A stretch of DNA of 64,000 bases from Candidatus Aenigmatarchaeota archaeon (GCA_016783545.1 JADHWJ010000001.1:10369-74368), one strand, 5' to 3'. Positions 46,615 to 57,639 are shown, counted from the first letter of the stretch. Notes: generated by a model from the sequence alone, not told the origin. Program-made: numbers and translations.

Positions 46615-48380
46615 TTAATTACACCTCCACAGTTATCTTCTACCATCTCCACGAGCTCTGTTGCATCAAAGCCTGTTTCTGATTTTGGTATATAGGCATC
46701 AAGGCTTGAGCTTACAGAGAATTCATGTTCTTTCAAAAACTCACCTAACAGTAAACCACTTTCAGCATCTGAAGCTGTTGCTTTAACTACATATGTTCCA
46801 GGGGCATATCTCAGAGTTAATGAAGTGGTTAAGCATTTTGAAATACATCCATCAGGGTCAGGTCCAGCTAAACATAAAGAAAAGCACTCAGCATCCACAT
46901 TTGTTGCAGAAGAATCATCAAGATTAATCTCAACCAGTGCTTTCTCATCCCTGACATCTGTTACAGCGCAATCTAATGCGTTAATCATCTGCAAATTGAA
47001 CAGAACTGTTTCAGATTCCTTTCTTACTAGCTCAAGTTCCAGATCTTCAAGGTCATCAGAATCAAAAGCATCTCTAAATGGATCATATCCCTCTTTATTT
47101 ACATAGAGCATATCAATACCGCATTTTACAGAACCCTCTACAATACCCCTGGAATTTGTTGTTCCAATAGGACAATCACCAAACTGTACACGCGCACCGA
47201 AAACAGGCTCCCCTAAATCATTTTCCATTGTTATTTTAGCACTGCAGTCAAGATTGACACAATCATCTTCAATAGGATCTAAATCCAAATTGCATTCGCC
47301 TTCGTCTGGTTCCAATCCGTCAATTCCTACCAACAGCGCAAAATGAAATGCGTGTCCAGAGAGCTTATCATCAACCCTTAAAACAAGAGGATAATATAAT
47401 GAATAATAATGTTCGTATATGGTAAGGCATTGCTGGAAATCAAGTCCGCTGTATCCTGGATCAACTTCATGATCGCCATCATCACAAATTTTCACTGGCC
47501 TATCAACTTCTATTTCGAACCCATCTGATTCAAAAAATCTTATCTGAAGATCTGGATATGTTCTACCGCCCAAATCTTCAATTCCAAATGTCATAGCACC
47601 TTCTGGTGAAGGCTGAATATCTCTCCACCAAAAAGTATTAGTAACCACAAAATCAACAATATTTTCCATTAGTGTTGATACCTGCTCCTTTGAGAGATAT
47701 ATACACTCATCACATTCCATTATAAGCCCTTGCATAGGAAGGAAGCTACTTGACATGTAAAAACCAGTTATTGTAAACCAATCAAAATATCTTTCATTAA
47801 TATTATCATTGACAAGATCATTTGAGAAATCAATTATTCTTCCAAGACTTGAGGAGATGGTGATTTCATATGGTTCAGTTATAAGATAACCGTCTATTTT
47901 TGTTGGTATAGTGGCAGTAAATACAATTTTATTATCCAATATATTCGCAGAAACAACAACGTCTGATAAGTCGAATTCCACTCTCTCCCCAACATCGTTT
48001 GTTAAAGTATTTATTATATAATTTTTAACACCCTCTTCGAGTCTAACTTTAAAAGTACCTTTTGAAACCGTTATCTTCTCACCACATCTCTGCCAATAAG
48101 GAACAACTATACCTGCAAATAAGACGCTTCTATCTAGTGGTGGATCAAAATAACCGCCATGTATGCTTAGATATTCAAGAGACATGTCCGCACCTTCAGT
48201 GATAACGTCTTTAACAGACTCTCTGACAAATTTCTCCCTTTGCATTATACTATACGGTATTGTGGTTGGTTTAAGAACATCTGTCTGCATTGCAAAGAAT
48301 ATGGCCAATACAGCGATTACAACAATGCCCATGATAAAATAAATAGTACTTTGAGATTTCATGTGAAACATTCTTATCAA
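46611..48380 (-). CDS. membrane-anchored extracellular protein, co-operonic with the Cys-module protein
   Basis: 589 aa with an N-terminal TM (IYFIMGIVVIAVLAIFFAM). The body is acidic and Cys-containing. It makes a 4-nt overlap with the downstream gene. Confidence 0.45.
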   Translation of the reverse strand: MIRMFHMKSQSTIYFIMGIVVIAVLAIFFAMQTDVLKPTTIPYSIMQREKFVRESVKDVITEGADMSLEYLSIHGGYFDPPLDRSVLFAGIVVPYWQRCGEKITVSKGTFKVRLEEGVKNYIINTLTNDVGERVEFDLSDVVVSANILDNKIVFTATIPTKIDGYLITEPYEITISSSLGRIIDFSNDLVNDNINERYFDWFTITGFYMSSSFLPMQGLIMECDECIYLSKEQVSTLMENIVDFVVTNTFWWRDIQPSPEGAMTFGIEDLGGRTYPDLQIRFFESDGFEIEVDRPVKICDDGDHEVDPGYSGLDFQQCLTIYEHYYSLYYPLVLRVDDKLSGHAFHFALLVGIDGLEPDEGECNLDLDPIEDDCVNLDCSAKITMENDLGEPVFGARVQFGDCPIGTTNSRGIVEGSVKCGIDMLYVNKEGYDPFRDAFDSDDLEDLELELVRKESETVLFNLQMINALDCAVTDVRDEKALVEINLDDSSATNVDAECFSLCLAGPDPDGCISKCLTTSLTLRYAPGTYVVKATASDAESGLLLGEFLKEHEFSVSSSLDAYIPKSETGFDATELVEMVEDNCGGVIK

Positions 48381-48433
48381 TTATTTATTGTTTACCACGC
48401 AATAAATATATAATTAATAGAAAGAGATGTCTT

Positions 48434-51328
48434 ATGCTTTCTGATAAAGAGCTAAAAAAGAAATATGAAGAGGTTTTTAGAAAAAGCCCGGAGAAGTATT
48501 ATCCAACAAGAACACTTGAGGAGCTGGGCTATTTTAGGGGAAAATGTAAACATTGTGGGAGATTTTTCTGGTCAACAGATAAATACAGAGATTTTTGTGG
48601 GGATGCAATGTGTTCTGGTGGTTTTTCATTTATTGGGAACACTCCAGCTAAAAACAAGATGAATTATATAGATGTCTGGAAAAAACTTTCAAAAATCCTT
48701 GGAGGGTTTGGTTACACTCCAATAAAAAGATATCCTGTTGTTGCAAGATGGCGAGATGATGTGCATTTTGTACAGGCTTCAATAGATGATTTCATTCCTT
48801 ATGTTATCAACGGCGAAGTTGATCCACCAGAAAATCCGCTTTTGGTTCCGCAAATATGTTTAAGATTTAATGACATAGACAATGTAGGCATAACGGGTCA
48901 GCATTACACTGCCTTTATAATGGTAGGGCAGCACAGATTTGAAAAACCTGAAAACTATATGCAGGGAGAATATCTAAAGCATCTGTTTGAATGGTTTAGC
49001 AAAGGGCTCGGGATAAGGAATAATGATTTAGTTTTTCATGAAGATGTCTGGGCAGGTTCTGGGAACTTCGGACCTTGCATAGAATTCTTTTCTGGTGGCT
49101 TGGAGCTTGCAAATCAAGTGTATATGCAATTTAAACAAACTCAGTCAGGACATAAAGATCTTAATCTTAAGGTTTTGGACATGGGCCTTGGTTATGAAAG
49201 AAATGCCTGGTTTAGTGTTGGAGAATCAACTTCATATGAGATCACATTCCCAACAGTTATGAAAACCCTGAAAAAAATAACAGGGATAGAATATGATAAA
49301 AAATTATTTGCAAAATTCCTCCCTTTTTCTGGTATGCTTAACATAGATGAAGTTAGCGACATAGAAGCAGTGTGGAAAGATGTAGCTAGTAAAATAGGCA
49401 TTCATGTAGAAGATCTCAAGTCTTCTATTTTGCCTCTTTCGGCTTTGTATTCAGTTGCAGAGCATGCAAGATCTCTGTTAATAGCGCTAAATGATGGTGC
49501 ATTACCAAGTAATGTTGGCGGAGGATATAACCTAAGGGTTCTTTTAAGAAGAAGCCTGTCTTTCATAGACAGATATAACTGGAACATAAATCTGCCTGAT
49601 ATATGCAAATGGCATGCTGATCATCTGAAACCAATTTTTCCTGAACTAAAAGAGAATCTGGATGATGTGACCCAGATACTTGACGTTGAAAAGGAAAAAT
49701 TTTCAAATACAAAGAAAAAGTCAATTGCAATAATTTCGAAAATGGTGAAGGAAAAAGTAACAGAAGAGGATTTGCTAAAGGTCTATGATTCCAAAGGCAT
49801 ACCACCAGAACTTATAAAAGAAGAGGCAGAAAAGGAAGGAAAGGACATAGACATACCAAAAGATTTCTATTCAAAGGTTTCTGAACTGCATCAGGAAAAG
49901 GAGCTTGAGAAAAAAGAAAAACAGGAAATTGATAGCAAAGGTATAGAAGAAACAGATATACTTTATTATCAAAATCCAGATCAGAATATATTCGATGCGA
50001 AAGTATTGAAAATATCAGGTGATATGGTCATACTCGACAAAACAGCTTTTTATCCAGAAGGTGGTGGCCAGGAGACTGATTATGGAAAAATAAATAACTG
50101 CAAGGTTTATGATGTACAGAAACAAGGGAATGTGATTATACATTTTGTTGAAAAACCAAATTTTAAAGAAGGAGAGACTATTAGAGGTGAAATAAATTGG
50201 GAAAGAAGAATGAGCCTCACAAGGCATCATACCGCAATACATATAATAAACCTAGCTGCAAGAAATGTGTTGGGAAATCACATATTTCAGGCAGGTTCGC
50301 ATAAATCAGAAGACAAGGCACATCTTGATATAACACACTTCAAATCATTAACAAATGAAGAAATTCAAAAAATAGAAGAATTTGCAAATCAGATTGTAAA
50401 AAAAGAAATAGAGATAAAATCCAAAGTCATGTCGAGAAATCTAGCAGAAAAAGAATATGGCATGAGAATATACCAGGGTGGTGCTGTTCCAGGAAAGAAC
50501 ATACGAATTGTTTCAATAGAGGGATTTGACACAGAAGCTTGTGGAGGAACACATCTGTCAAATACAAAAAAAGCAGGGAGAATAATAATTTTGAATTCTG
50601 AACGAATACAGGATGGAATTGATAGAATAACAATAAAAGCAGGTGAGAAGGCAGATAGGTATTTGAAAGAAATATTAAAAGATTCAATGGATGTTGTTAA
50701 GACACTGAACGAATTAAGTGTGGCAAAGATTTCAGATAATCTATTGAGAAAACTTGAGAATCCTGCTCAATCGTTTAGAGAATTCCAAGAAGCCTCGGAG
50801 ATTTTTAACATAACACCAGAACAATTAGCAAGCACAATAAAAAGATTTCTGAATGAAATAGCTGAAAATAAAAAGAAAGTAGAGGATTTAGGTGCTGAAA
50901 TACCTTCTGTTAGAAAAAGGGAAGAAGAAGAGACCACTATCAAGGATTCACTGAAAGACATATCAAAAGAAATATTTGATATCTGGAAAGCTCAGCGAAA
51001 GGAGATTGAAAAGCTAACAGCCTATCTGGCAAGAGTTGAGGCAAAGAAGCTTATTGTAAAAGCAAAGGAAAACATGCTTTTTGAAGTTGTTCATTTAGAA
51101 AGAGAAGGAATGATAAGTCTTGCAAACGAAATCATTGGCTTGAATAAGAACATAACAGTTATACTGGCAAATGAAAATGGTGATATAATTGGAATGAGTA
51201 AAAAAGATGAGATGGGTTCAATGATCTCAAATATATGCAAACAAGCAGGCGGTTCTGGTGGAGGAAAAAAAGATTTTGGGCAGGGAAAAGTTGATCTTTC
51301 CAAACTATTGAAAATAATGAAAAGTTAA
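48434..51328 (+). CDS. alaS: alanyl-tRNA synthetase (archaeal type)
   Basis: The N-terminus is GKCKHCGRFFWS. The editing domain has HTAIHII (an HxxxH motif) and CGGTH. A C-terminal DHHA1-like region follows. Total length 964 aa. Confidence 0.9.
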   Translation: MLSDKELKKKYEEVFRKSPEKYYPTRTLEELGYFRGKCKHCGRFFWSTDKYRDFCGDAMCSGGFSFIGNTPAKNKMNYIDVWKKLSKILGGFGYTPIKRYPVVARWRDDVHFVQASIDDFIPYVINGEVDPPENPLLVPQICLRFNDIDNVGITGQHYTAFIMVGQHRFEKPENYMQGEYLKHLFEWFSKGLGIRNNDLVFHEDVWAGSGNFGPCIEFFSGGLELANQVYMQFKQTQSGHKDLNLKVLDMGLGYERNAWFSVGESTSYEITFPTVMKTLKKITGIEYDKKLFAKFLPFSGMLNIDEVSDIEAVWKDVASKIGIHVEDLKSSILPLSALYSVAEHARSLLIALNDGALPSNVGGGYNLRVLLRRSLSFIDRYNWNINLPDICKWHADHLKPIFPELKENLDDVTQILDVEKEKFSNTKKKSIAIISKMVKEKVTEEDLLKVYDSKGIPPELIKEEAEKEGKDIDIPKDFYSKVSELHQEKELEKKEKQEIDSKGIEETDILYYQNPDQNIFDAKVLKISGDMVILDKTAFYPEGGGQETDYGKINNCKVYDVQKQGNVIIHFVEKPNFKEGETIRGEINWERRMSLTRHHTAIHIINLAARNVLGNHIFQAGSHKSEDKAHLDITHFKSLTNEEIQKIEEFANQIVKKEIEIKSKVMSRNLAEKEYGMRIYQGGAVPGKNIRIVSIEGFDTEACGGTHLSNTKKAGRIIILNSERIQDGIDRITIKAGEKADRYLKEILKDSMDVVKTLNELSVAKISDNLLRKLENPAQSFREFQEASEIFNITPEQLASTIKRFLNEIAENKKKVEDLGAEIPSVRKREEEETTIKDSLKDISKEIFDIWKAQRKEIEKLTAYLARVEAKKLIVKAKENMLFEVVHLEREGMISLANEIIGLNKNITVILANENGDIIGMSKKDEMGSMISNICKQAGGSGGGKKDFGQGKVDLSKLLKIMKS

Positions 51329-51771
51329 ACTTCTCTTAATAAACATTCTTTTGGTTGTAACAAAGCAATTTCACAGAATACATCCATAAGATTTTCTTGT
51401 GTTATGTTTTCTAATTGTCTTATCTCTCCGCCCCTTCCTATAATCTCTAATTTTTCTGTTTCGTTTGAAGGGATTTCAACCTTTTCTAGAACAACATAAT
51501 CCTTGAAATTTTCAGCAAAGCTCTCCAGGTTTTGCAAAACAAGTTCACAGTCTGTGCAATTCTCTCTGTACCAGTCTCTTATCAATACTCTTCCTGTTCT
51601 TATTATGAATACTATTTCTGAGCTCTCCAGCGGACCTTTAACGATATGAGATATTGTTTTTACAGGTTTTGTTGCAATAGGCCTGCTGCTTAACATGGCA
51701 AAACCAGCAATAGAGCTTATCATAATAAAACCAATAAATATTGCCATTGCCCGCTCAGCTCCTAGTCCCAT
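51325..51771 (-). CDS. membrane-anchored hypothetical protein with a CxxC motif (possible thioredoxin-like fold)
   Basis: An N-terminal TM and then ENCTDCELV. The thioredoxin-like assignment is weak. Confidence 0.35.
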   Translation of the reverse strand: MGLGAERAMAIFIGFIMISSIAGFAMLSSRPIATKPVKTISHIVKGPLESSEIVFIIRTGRVLIRDWYRENCTDCELVLQNLESFAENFKDYVVLEKVEIPSNETEKLEIIGRGGEIRQLENITQENLMDVFCEIALLQPKECLLREV

Positions 51772-51943
51772 AAAATCATAGAGTTTATTAACCCATTAGC
51801 TTTCTAGTTATTTATAAATTATGTAATTTATGATATTTATTCTCTCTATAAACAATGAATATTAACGAATTGTCGATTTTTTTCTTTAAAGACTTAAAAA
51901 TGTTATTTTCCAATCATCTTAGATATAGTTCGGAGATAGATTT

Positions 51944-52981
51944 ATGGTAGGAATAGTGGGATATGGTTCTTATGTACCTAGGCTTAGGATTTCAGTAGAA
52001 GAGATAGCAAAAGTTTGGGGAGAGAATCCTGAAGGAATAAAAAAAGGATTAAATATCACTGAAAAAAGTGTTCCTGAACTGGATGAGGATACAATTACAA
52101 TAAGTCTGGAGGCAGCGAGAAATGCTCTCCTAAGAGCAGAAATTAATCCAAGAGATATTGGAGCTGTATATATTGGTTCTGAATCACACCCATATGCTGT
52201 GAAACCAAGTGGTACTGTTGTTGCAGAAGCTCTTGGCGTAGGACCTGATGTTAATATCGTTGATACAGAGTTTGCTTGTAAAGCAGGAACATCTTGTATT
52301 ATACTTAATATGGGACTTGTCAAGGCAGGTTACATAAAATATGGTTTAGCAATAGGCGCTGATACCTCACAGGGAAGGCCAGGCGATATGCTTGAATACA
52401 CTGCAGCAGCAGGCGGTGCTGCTTTTATAATAGGAAATAAAGATTTGGTTGCTGAGATAGAGGATTGGTATTCATTTACAACAGACACTTCTGATTTCTG
52501 GAGAAGAGAAGGTCAAGATTATCCAAGTCATGGTGCAAGGTTCACAGGAAAGCCTGCATATTTCAAGCATCTTCTTTCTTCAACGAATAACATAATGGAA
52601 AAAAACAATCTAAAACCAGAAGATTTCAAGCATGTTGTTCTTCATATGCCTAACGGTAAGTTTCCATTAAAAGCTGCCAAAACGCTTGGTTTTTCAAGCG
52701 ATCAGATCAGACAGAGCATGATTGTCTGTAAGATAGGCAACTGTTATTCTGGTTCCAGTGTTCTTGGTCTGACAAATGTTCTTGATATTGCAGAACCAGG
52801 AGATAAGATTTTGATGACATCATATGGTTCTGGTGCAGGTTCTGATTCATTTATAATCAATGTCACTGACAGGATTTTGAAAGTTAGAGACAAGGCAAAG
52901 AAAACCGAGGACTATATGAACAACAAAGAAAACATCAATTATGGTATGTATGCAAGATTGAGGGGGAAGTTGAAGGTATGA
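51944..52981 (+). CDS. hydroxymethylglutaryl-CoA synthase (archaeal type)
   Basis: [21 protein letters not shown]...AARNAL...[12 protein letters not shown] places the active-site Cys in the archaeal HMGCS context. Confidence 0.85.
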   Translation: MVGIVGYGSYVPRLRISVEEIAKVWGENPEGIKKGLNITEKSVPELDEDTITISLEAARNALLRAEINPRDIGAVYIGSESHPYAVKPSGTVVAEALGVGPDVNIVDTEFACKAGTSCIILNMGLVKAGYIKYGLAIGADTSQGRPGDMLEYTAAAGGAAFIIGNKDLVAEIEDWYSFTTDTSDFWRREGQDYPSHGARFTGKPAYFKHLLSSTNNIMEKNNLKPEDFKHVVLHMPNGKFPLKAAKTLGFSSDQIRQSMIVCKIGNCYSGSSVLGLTNVLDIAEPGDKILMTSYGSGAGSDSFIINVTDRILKVRDKAKKTEDYMNNKENINYGMYARLRGKLKV

Positions 52982-53151
52982 GCGAAATATGTGCTGGAAA
53001 CAGGGAACTTTTTGTGAGAGATCTAATATCAATGCATGGCGGAACATCAGAAATGATAACAAGCTTATAGCACCAGTTGAAAGTGGAAGGTCTGTAAAAA
53101 TATCTGGTGCAGTATCCGAATACAGTGTGGAACGTATAGAATTAAACGAAT

Positions 53152-53469
53152 TTGAGGGAATATTATATCTGTTTGAAGACGGGAAAGTTACTGGAAAACA
53201 GAAATATAGATGGTCATTGTGAAATTATGAAAACTGAAAGACATTCAAATGCCCAGGCATTTGTTGATGCATATAATGAAGAGTATGGCTTGAGATTTGA
53301 TATTGGTTCAGAAGTTGATACAGTTACTTGTGGAGAATCCAAAAGATGCGTCTGCGAAGATCTCAATTACAGCATCCAGTTGATGAGAGACACTGTTATT
53401 GGGTGTTTTTATTCGGAAAAGGATTCAAAGCATAAGACATTTAGATGGCAGTTTGAGGGCAAAGTATGA
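53152..53469 (+). CDS. hypothetical Cys-containing small protein between HMGCS and thiolase
   Basis: 105 aa. It overlaps a second small ORF at 52989-53222. I recognise no family. Confidence 0.25.
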   Translation: MREYYICLKTGKLLENRNIDGHCEIMKTERHSNAQAFVDAYNEEYGLRFDIGSEVDTVTCGESKRCVCEDLNYSIQLMRDTVIGCFYSEKDSKHKTFRWQFEGKV

Positions 53470-54623
53470 AAAGAGTAGCAATAATCGGAGCAGGTCAGAC
53501 AAAGTTTGATGAACACTGGGAAAAATCACTCAGAGATCTGTCGACAGAAGCAGGTGCTCTGGCATTAGCAGATGCAAAAATAACAAGTAAACAGGTTGAC
53601 GCTCTTTATATTGGCAATATGTCTGCTGGAAGATTTGTTGGACAGGAGCATCTAGGAGCAATGGCAATGGATAATGCAGGGCTGAATCCAAAACCTGCAG
53701 TAAGATGCGAGGCAGCATGTGCATCAAGTGCACTGGCTTTCAGACAGGGTTACATGTCAATACTTTCAGGAGAGCATGATATTGTAATGGTTGGTGGAGC
53801 AGAAAAAATGACTGATCTTAAAGGAACAGGTGCAATCGCAACATTAATGGGTGCTGGTGATCAGGAATGGGAGAGCTCAATAGGAAATACCTTTGTAGGT
53901 TTATACGCATTAATAGCAAGGGCGCATATGAAAGAATTTGGAACAACAAGAGAGCAGATGGCCATGGTGTCTGTAAATAATCATAAAAACGGTTCATTGA
54001 ATCCTCTTGCACAATTTCCATGTGAGATTACTGTTGAAGATGTTCTTAATTCCACTCTAATAGCAGATCCTCTTAGACTATTGGACTGTTCACCTATTAC
54101 AGATGGCGGGGCAGCTCTTATACTTGCATCAGAAGAGGCTGCCAAGAAGCTTGATAACCCTATCTGGGTTCTGGGAACAGGTCAGGCATCTGACACATTA
54201 GCGCTTCATGATAGAAAAAGTCACATTGAAATGATTGCAACAAAAGTAGCTGCAAAGAAAGCATATGAACAGGCAGGTCTAACGTCTGAGAAAATAGATA
54301 TTGCAGAAGTTCATGATTGTTTCAGTATAAATGAAATCCTTGCAATTGAAGACCTTGGTTTTTGTAAGAAGGGCGATGGTGGAAAGTTTGTTGAACAAGG
54401 AAAAATAGCAAGAGATGGTGAGAAACCAATAAACACAACAGGCGGACTGAAATCAATAGGACATCCTGTTGGCGCAACTGGTGTAAGACAGATTGTTGAT
54501 ATCACAAAACAGTTAAGAGGACAGTGTGGTAAACTACAGATGAAGGGAATAAAAAACGGTCTGGCTCTAAACGTAGGTGGTTCAGGAGCAACTGCTGTTG
54601 TTAATATTTTAGGAGTTGATTAA
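53466..54623 (+). CDS. acetyl-CoA acetyltransferase (archaeal thiolase)
   Basis: VAIIGAGQTKF...CEAACASSALA (active-site Cys) ...GHPVGATG. Confidence 0.85.
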   Translation: MKRVAIIGAGQTKFDEHWEKSLRDLSTEAGALALADAKITSKQVDALYIGNMSAGRFVGQEHLGAMAMDNAGLNPKPAVRCEAACASSALAFRQGYMSILSGEHDIVMVGGAEKMTDLKGTGAIATLMGAGDQEWESSIGNTFVGLYALIARAHMKEFGTTREQMAMVSVNNHKNGSLNPLAQFPCEITVEDVLNSTLIADPLRLLDCSPITDGGAALILASEEAAKKLDNPIWVLGTGQASDTLALHDRKSHIEMIATKVAAKKAYEQAGLTSEKIDIAEVHDCFSINEILAIEDLGFCKKGDGGKFVEQGKIARDGEKPINTTGGLKSIGHPVGATGVRQIVDITKQLRGQCGKLQMKGIKNGLALNVGGSGATAVVNILGVD

Positions 54624-55028
54624 ATGGGTCATAGAAGCAGCATACCTCTATATTGGAGATTACAGAAATCAAAGTATAATTTAGTTGGAACAAAATGCAA
54701 AACATGTGGAAAGCTCTATTTTCCACCAAGACAGCTCTGTTCAGAATGTAGAAGAAAGGGTGAGATAGAAGACTTTAGTTTCTCTGGTAAAGGAGAGATA
54801 ATTTCATTTACAGTTATAAGAGCAGCCCCAGAAGGATTTGAAAAATACACACCTTATGCAATTGCATTAATAAAACTGGAAGAAGGTGAAGTTATCTCAG
54901 GTCAGATAGTTGGTGATGTTACTAAAGTCGAAGAAGGAAAAAAAGTGAAGTCTGTTTTCAGAAGAATGCATGAAGACGGAAAAGATGGCGTCATCTTTTA
55001 TGGTGTCAAATTTCAATTAGTTGGTTAG
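54624..55028 (+). CDS. DUF35 OB-fold/zinc-ribbon scaffold protein of the thiolase-HMGCS complex
   Basis: CKTCGKLYFPPRQLCSECRR is a rubredoxin-like zinc ribbon, followed by an OB-fold. Its start abuts the thiolase stop. Confidence 0.8.
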   Translation: MGHRSSIPLYWRLQKSKYNLVGTKCKTCGKLYFPPRQLCSECRRKGEIEDFSFSGKGEIISFTVIRAAPEGFEKYTPYAIALIKLEEGEVISGQIVGDVTKVEEGKKVKSVFRRMHEDGKDGVIFYGVKFQLVG

Positions 55029-57610
55029 AGTATGTCCATATCTGTCTTATTCAGCCTCTTTTCAAATAGTTTCATTAATCTGTATGTCATGGAAGCTGGG
55101 AATTTTTTATAGAATCGCCTGAAAAGAAGCCCTTTTCTAATTCCTTTACCAATAACACTTTCCCATTCTTTTTCATATTGGCTTAAGAAGGATTCTGAAA
55201 AATTATTTTCTCTAAGAGCTTTTTGAATTGTTTCAGCTGCTTTTTCAGCTGCTGTAAACCCATAAACAACACCACCACCACTATTATGAAGTATTAATGG
55301 ACCAAGGCCTCCTATAAACATATTACTTTTTGGAACTTCTATATCAAAAACATCTCTATTTGTTTTTATTTTTCTAATCTCTTTTATAGGGAGAAGTATC
55401 ATTTTATTTTTAATTAATTTTTTTATAAACTCTTTTTCTCTACCATTTCCAATTTTATTCAAACCTTTCAATAATTTTTCATAACTGAGAATATTACAGC
55501 TTTTGTTTTTACATCTATTTGAAATGTATTTTCCAACCTCAGTTTTTATTAGTTCATTTATCATATCATTTGATAAAATGTTTTTTGGAAAACCAAATGT
55601 GGGTCTGGATTTAATATTATTTAAGTATTTTTTAATTTCTATTTTATTTGGGAAAATATCTGAAAGTTTTTCTAAATCTTTTTTGGAGGAAAAACTAATT
55701 TTATATGATTTACTGGTTTTTATTTTTTTATTGTAGAATGAATGTACTCTGCTTTCTGATTCCTCAACTGATGGAAACAAACCCAGTTGCAATGAAAGTA
55801 TAATAATATCACTGGCAAGTTTACGGCTAGCTGTTTTAGAAGAAATTTCTGCAGACCAATTTCTTCTTTTTTCTGGCATTCTAACTCTGCAGAATCCATC
55901 ACCTTTCATATAAGCCTTTAAAAACTCAATCTTCACTTCATCTGAAATGTTGAAAATTATATATGGAATTTGTTTATTATATGCATTCTTACCCGTTTCC
56001 AGTATGTCAGTAAATATTTTGGCAAGTAATTTTCCACCAAAAGATATAGGAAATTCTGTTTCTTCTTTTGTATACGGATTTTTTCTTGGTTTCCAGAAAC
56101 TTATATTAATTCCAAACGTTTTACCAATACAATCTATTAGATCATCCATAATACCGTTTTTAATATCATCTTTTCCTAAGGACATGTGAATGTGTTTACC
56201 TTTTGATGAGTCTCCTTCAGCAATATAATAACCGAGAATACGGCAAAATTCAGGTGTTATTTTAATTATATTCGGAATTTCTACTTTCTTTTTTGGAGGT
56301 TCATAGACAATTCTGACATCTTTAGGTATAATTTTTTCATTCAAAAATAATTTTAGAGGTATAGAGTCGCGGTCCCAATATGTTGTTCTATAATTTATTG
56401 GAACTTCAGAACGCTTAGAAAAAAGAAGTTTTTTCCCTCCTCTAACACGAATTTTTTTCACAAATTCGGGATATTTTTTTATTATCAAATTAATTAAATT
56501 CAGTTCTGTTATATTATTTGCATTATTAGGAACACTTGAAGTAAAAAGTAAGTGATCTTTTTTAGGTTCCAATTCAGAAACTTTTTTAGGCATCAAATTA
56601 AAATCATTTACACAAATTACACTGTGTGAACCTGTTGTCTTAACCCTATAACCTTTATTTGTGATTATTTCAAACATGTTTTCATCCAGTTTATGTTCTA
56701 AACACGATTTTATTTTCATAAAATTTAGAAGAGAAGCATTCTTAGATGGTGAAAATGCATAAATATTTTTTATTTTATTGTTTCTAAAATTGTTAACTAC
56801 TTCTTCTATCTTTACATTTTTTATAAGTCCGTTTTCTTTTATAATTATACTTTCTTCTCCATCAATGCTCCACGGTTTGACCTGTCCTGCTGCATCTCCA
56901 ACTAAGAGAACTCTTTCAGCATAGCTTTTACAGCTACCGATTGGTATCAAAGCGCCCATTCTTTCATAGTCTTTAAGATCAAAGAATCTTTCCAAATCTA
57001 GAAATTTTGCATTCTTTCCAAGTATTCCATATTCTGTTGTTTCCCCTCTTGGAATCTTCCATAGAAAACCATCAGTTATTTTTTTATCATACCAGAGCTC
57101 AACAAAATTATTATTATTTTTTTCTGAAACAGTTGCTATTAGACCATTTACAAGTTCTGTTCTATATCCAAGGAAATCCCTGACAGAAGAGCTTGCACCA
57201 TCACAACCAACCAAGAGTTTTGTATTTAACTTCCCTTTAGTAGTTTCAACAATCAGATGATCTTTAGCCTTTTCAAAACCAATGAACTTTGTATTGAGTT
57301 TAATTTTGGATTCAAGACTCTTTGCAAGACTCTTGTCAAATTTTGACCTATCTAAAACATAGGCCGCTGTCTTTTCTTTGACTAGATTTATAGTGCCTGA
57401 ATTGAAATGTATTTTTGCACCCCTCACTTCATGTTCTAGAAAGTCCTTATTTACTGGAACGAATTTTTCCAAGTTAGTTGATATTAGACCAGAACATGGT
57501 TTCTTACCAATATGGTCTTTGCTTTCAAGAATAACAACATCCAAATCGCTTAGCTTATGTGCTAAGAAAAGTCCAACAGGTCCTGCACCAACAATAACAA
57601 CATCATGCAT
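55025..57610 (-). CDS. geranylgeranyl reductase family flavoprotein interrupted by a 529-aa intein
   Basis: The N-terminus is VVIVGAGPVGLFLAHKL (FAD GxGxxG). The N-extein ends ...VGDAAGQVKPW and the C-extein resumes SGGGVVYGF, so the reconstructed GDAAGQVKPWSGGGV matches the conserved GGR motif GDAAG..P..GGGI. Confidence 0.75.
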   Translation of the reverse strand: MHDVVIVGAGPVGLFLAHKLSDLDVVILESKDHIGKKPCSGLISTNLEKFVPVNKDFLEHEVRGAKIHFNSGTINLVKEKTAAYVLDRSKFDKSLAKSLESKIKLNTKFIGFEKAKDHLIVETTKGKLNTKLLVGCDGASSSVRDFLGYRTELVNGLIATVSEKNNNNFVELWYDKKITDGFLWKIPRGETTEYGILGKNAKFLDLERFFDLKDYERMGALIPIGSCKSYAERVLLVGDAAGQVKPWSIDGEESIIIKENGLIKNVKIEEVVNNFRNNKIKNIYAFSPSKNASLLNFMKIKSCLEHKLDENMFEIITNKGYRVKTTGSHSVICVNDFNLMPKKVSELEPKKDHLLFTSSVPNNANNITELNLINLIIKKYPEFVKKIRVRGGKKLLFSKRSEVPINYRTTYWDRDSIPLKLFLNEKIIPKDVRIVYEPPKKKVEIPNIIKITPEFCRILGYYIAEGDSSKGKHIHMSLGKDDIKNGIMDDLIDCIGKTFGINISFWKPRKNPYTKEETEFPISFGGKLLAKIFTDILETGKNAYNKQIPYIIFNISDEVKIEFLKAYMKGDGFCRVRMPEKRRNWSAEISSKTASRKLASDIIILSLQLGLFPSVEESESRVHSFYNKKIKTSKSYKISFSSKKDLEKLSDIFPNKIEIKKYLNNIKSRPTFGFPKNILSNDMINELIKTEVGKYISNRCKNKSCNILSYEKLLKGLNKIGNGREKEFIKKLIKNKMILLPIKEIRKIKTNRDVFDIEVPKSNMFIGGLGPLILHNSGGGVVYGFTAAEKAAETIQKALRENNFSESFLSQYEKEWESVIGKGIRKGLLFRRFYKKFPASMTYRLMKLFEKRLNKTDMDIL
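55283..56869 (-). mobile_element. intein with LAGLIDADG homing-endonuclease domain inside the GGR gene
   Basis: It begins SIDGEESIIIKENG...KTTGSHSV (splicing blocks A and B). It contains LGYYIAEGD and LKAYMKGDG (LAGLIDADG motifs) and ends ...GLGPLILHN, followed by Ser+1. Confidence 0.7.
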
Positions 57611-57639
57611 AGATATTCTTTTGTAAGGTTATTTTAAAG

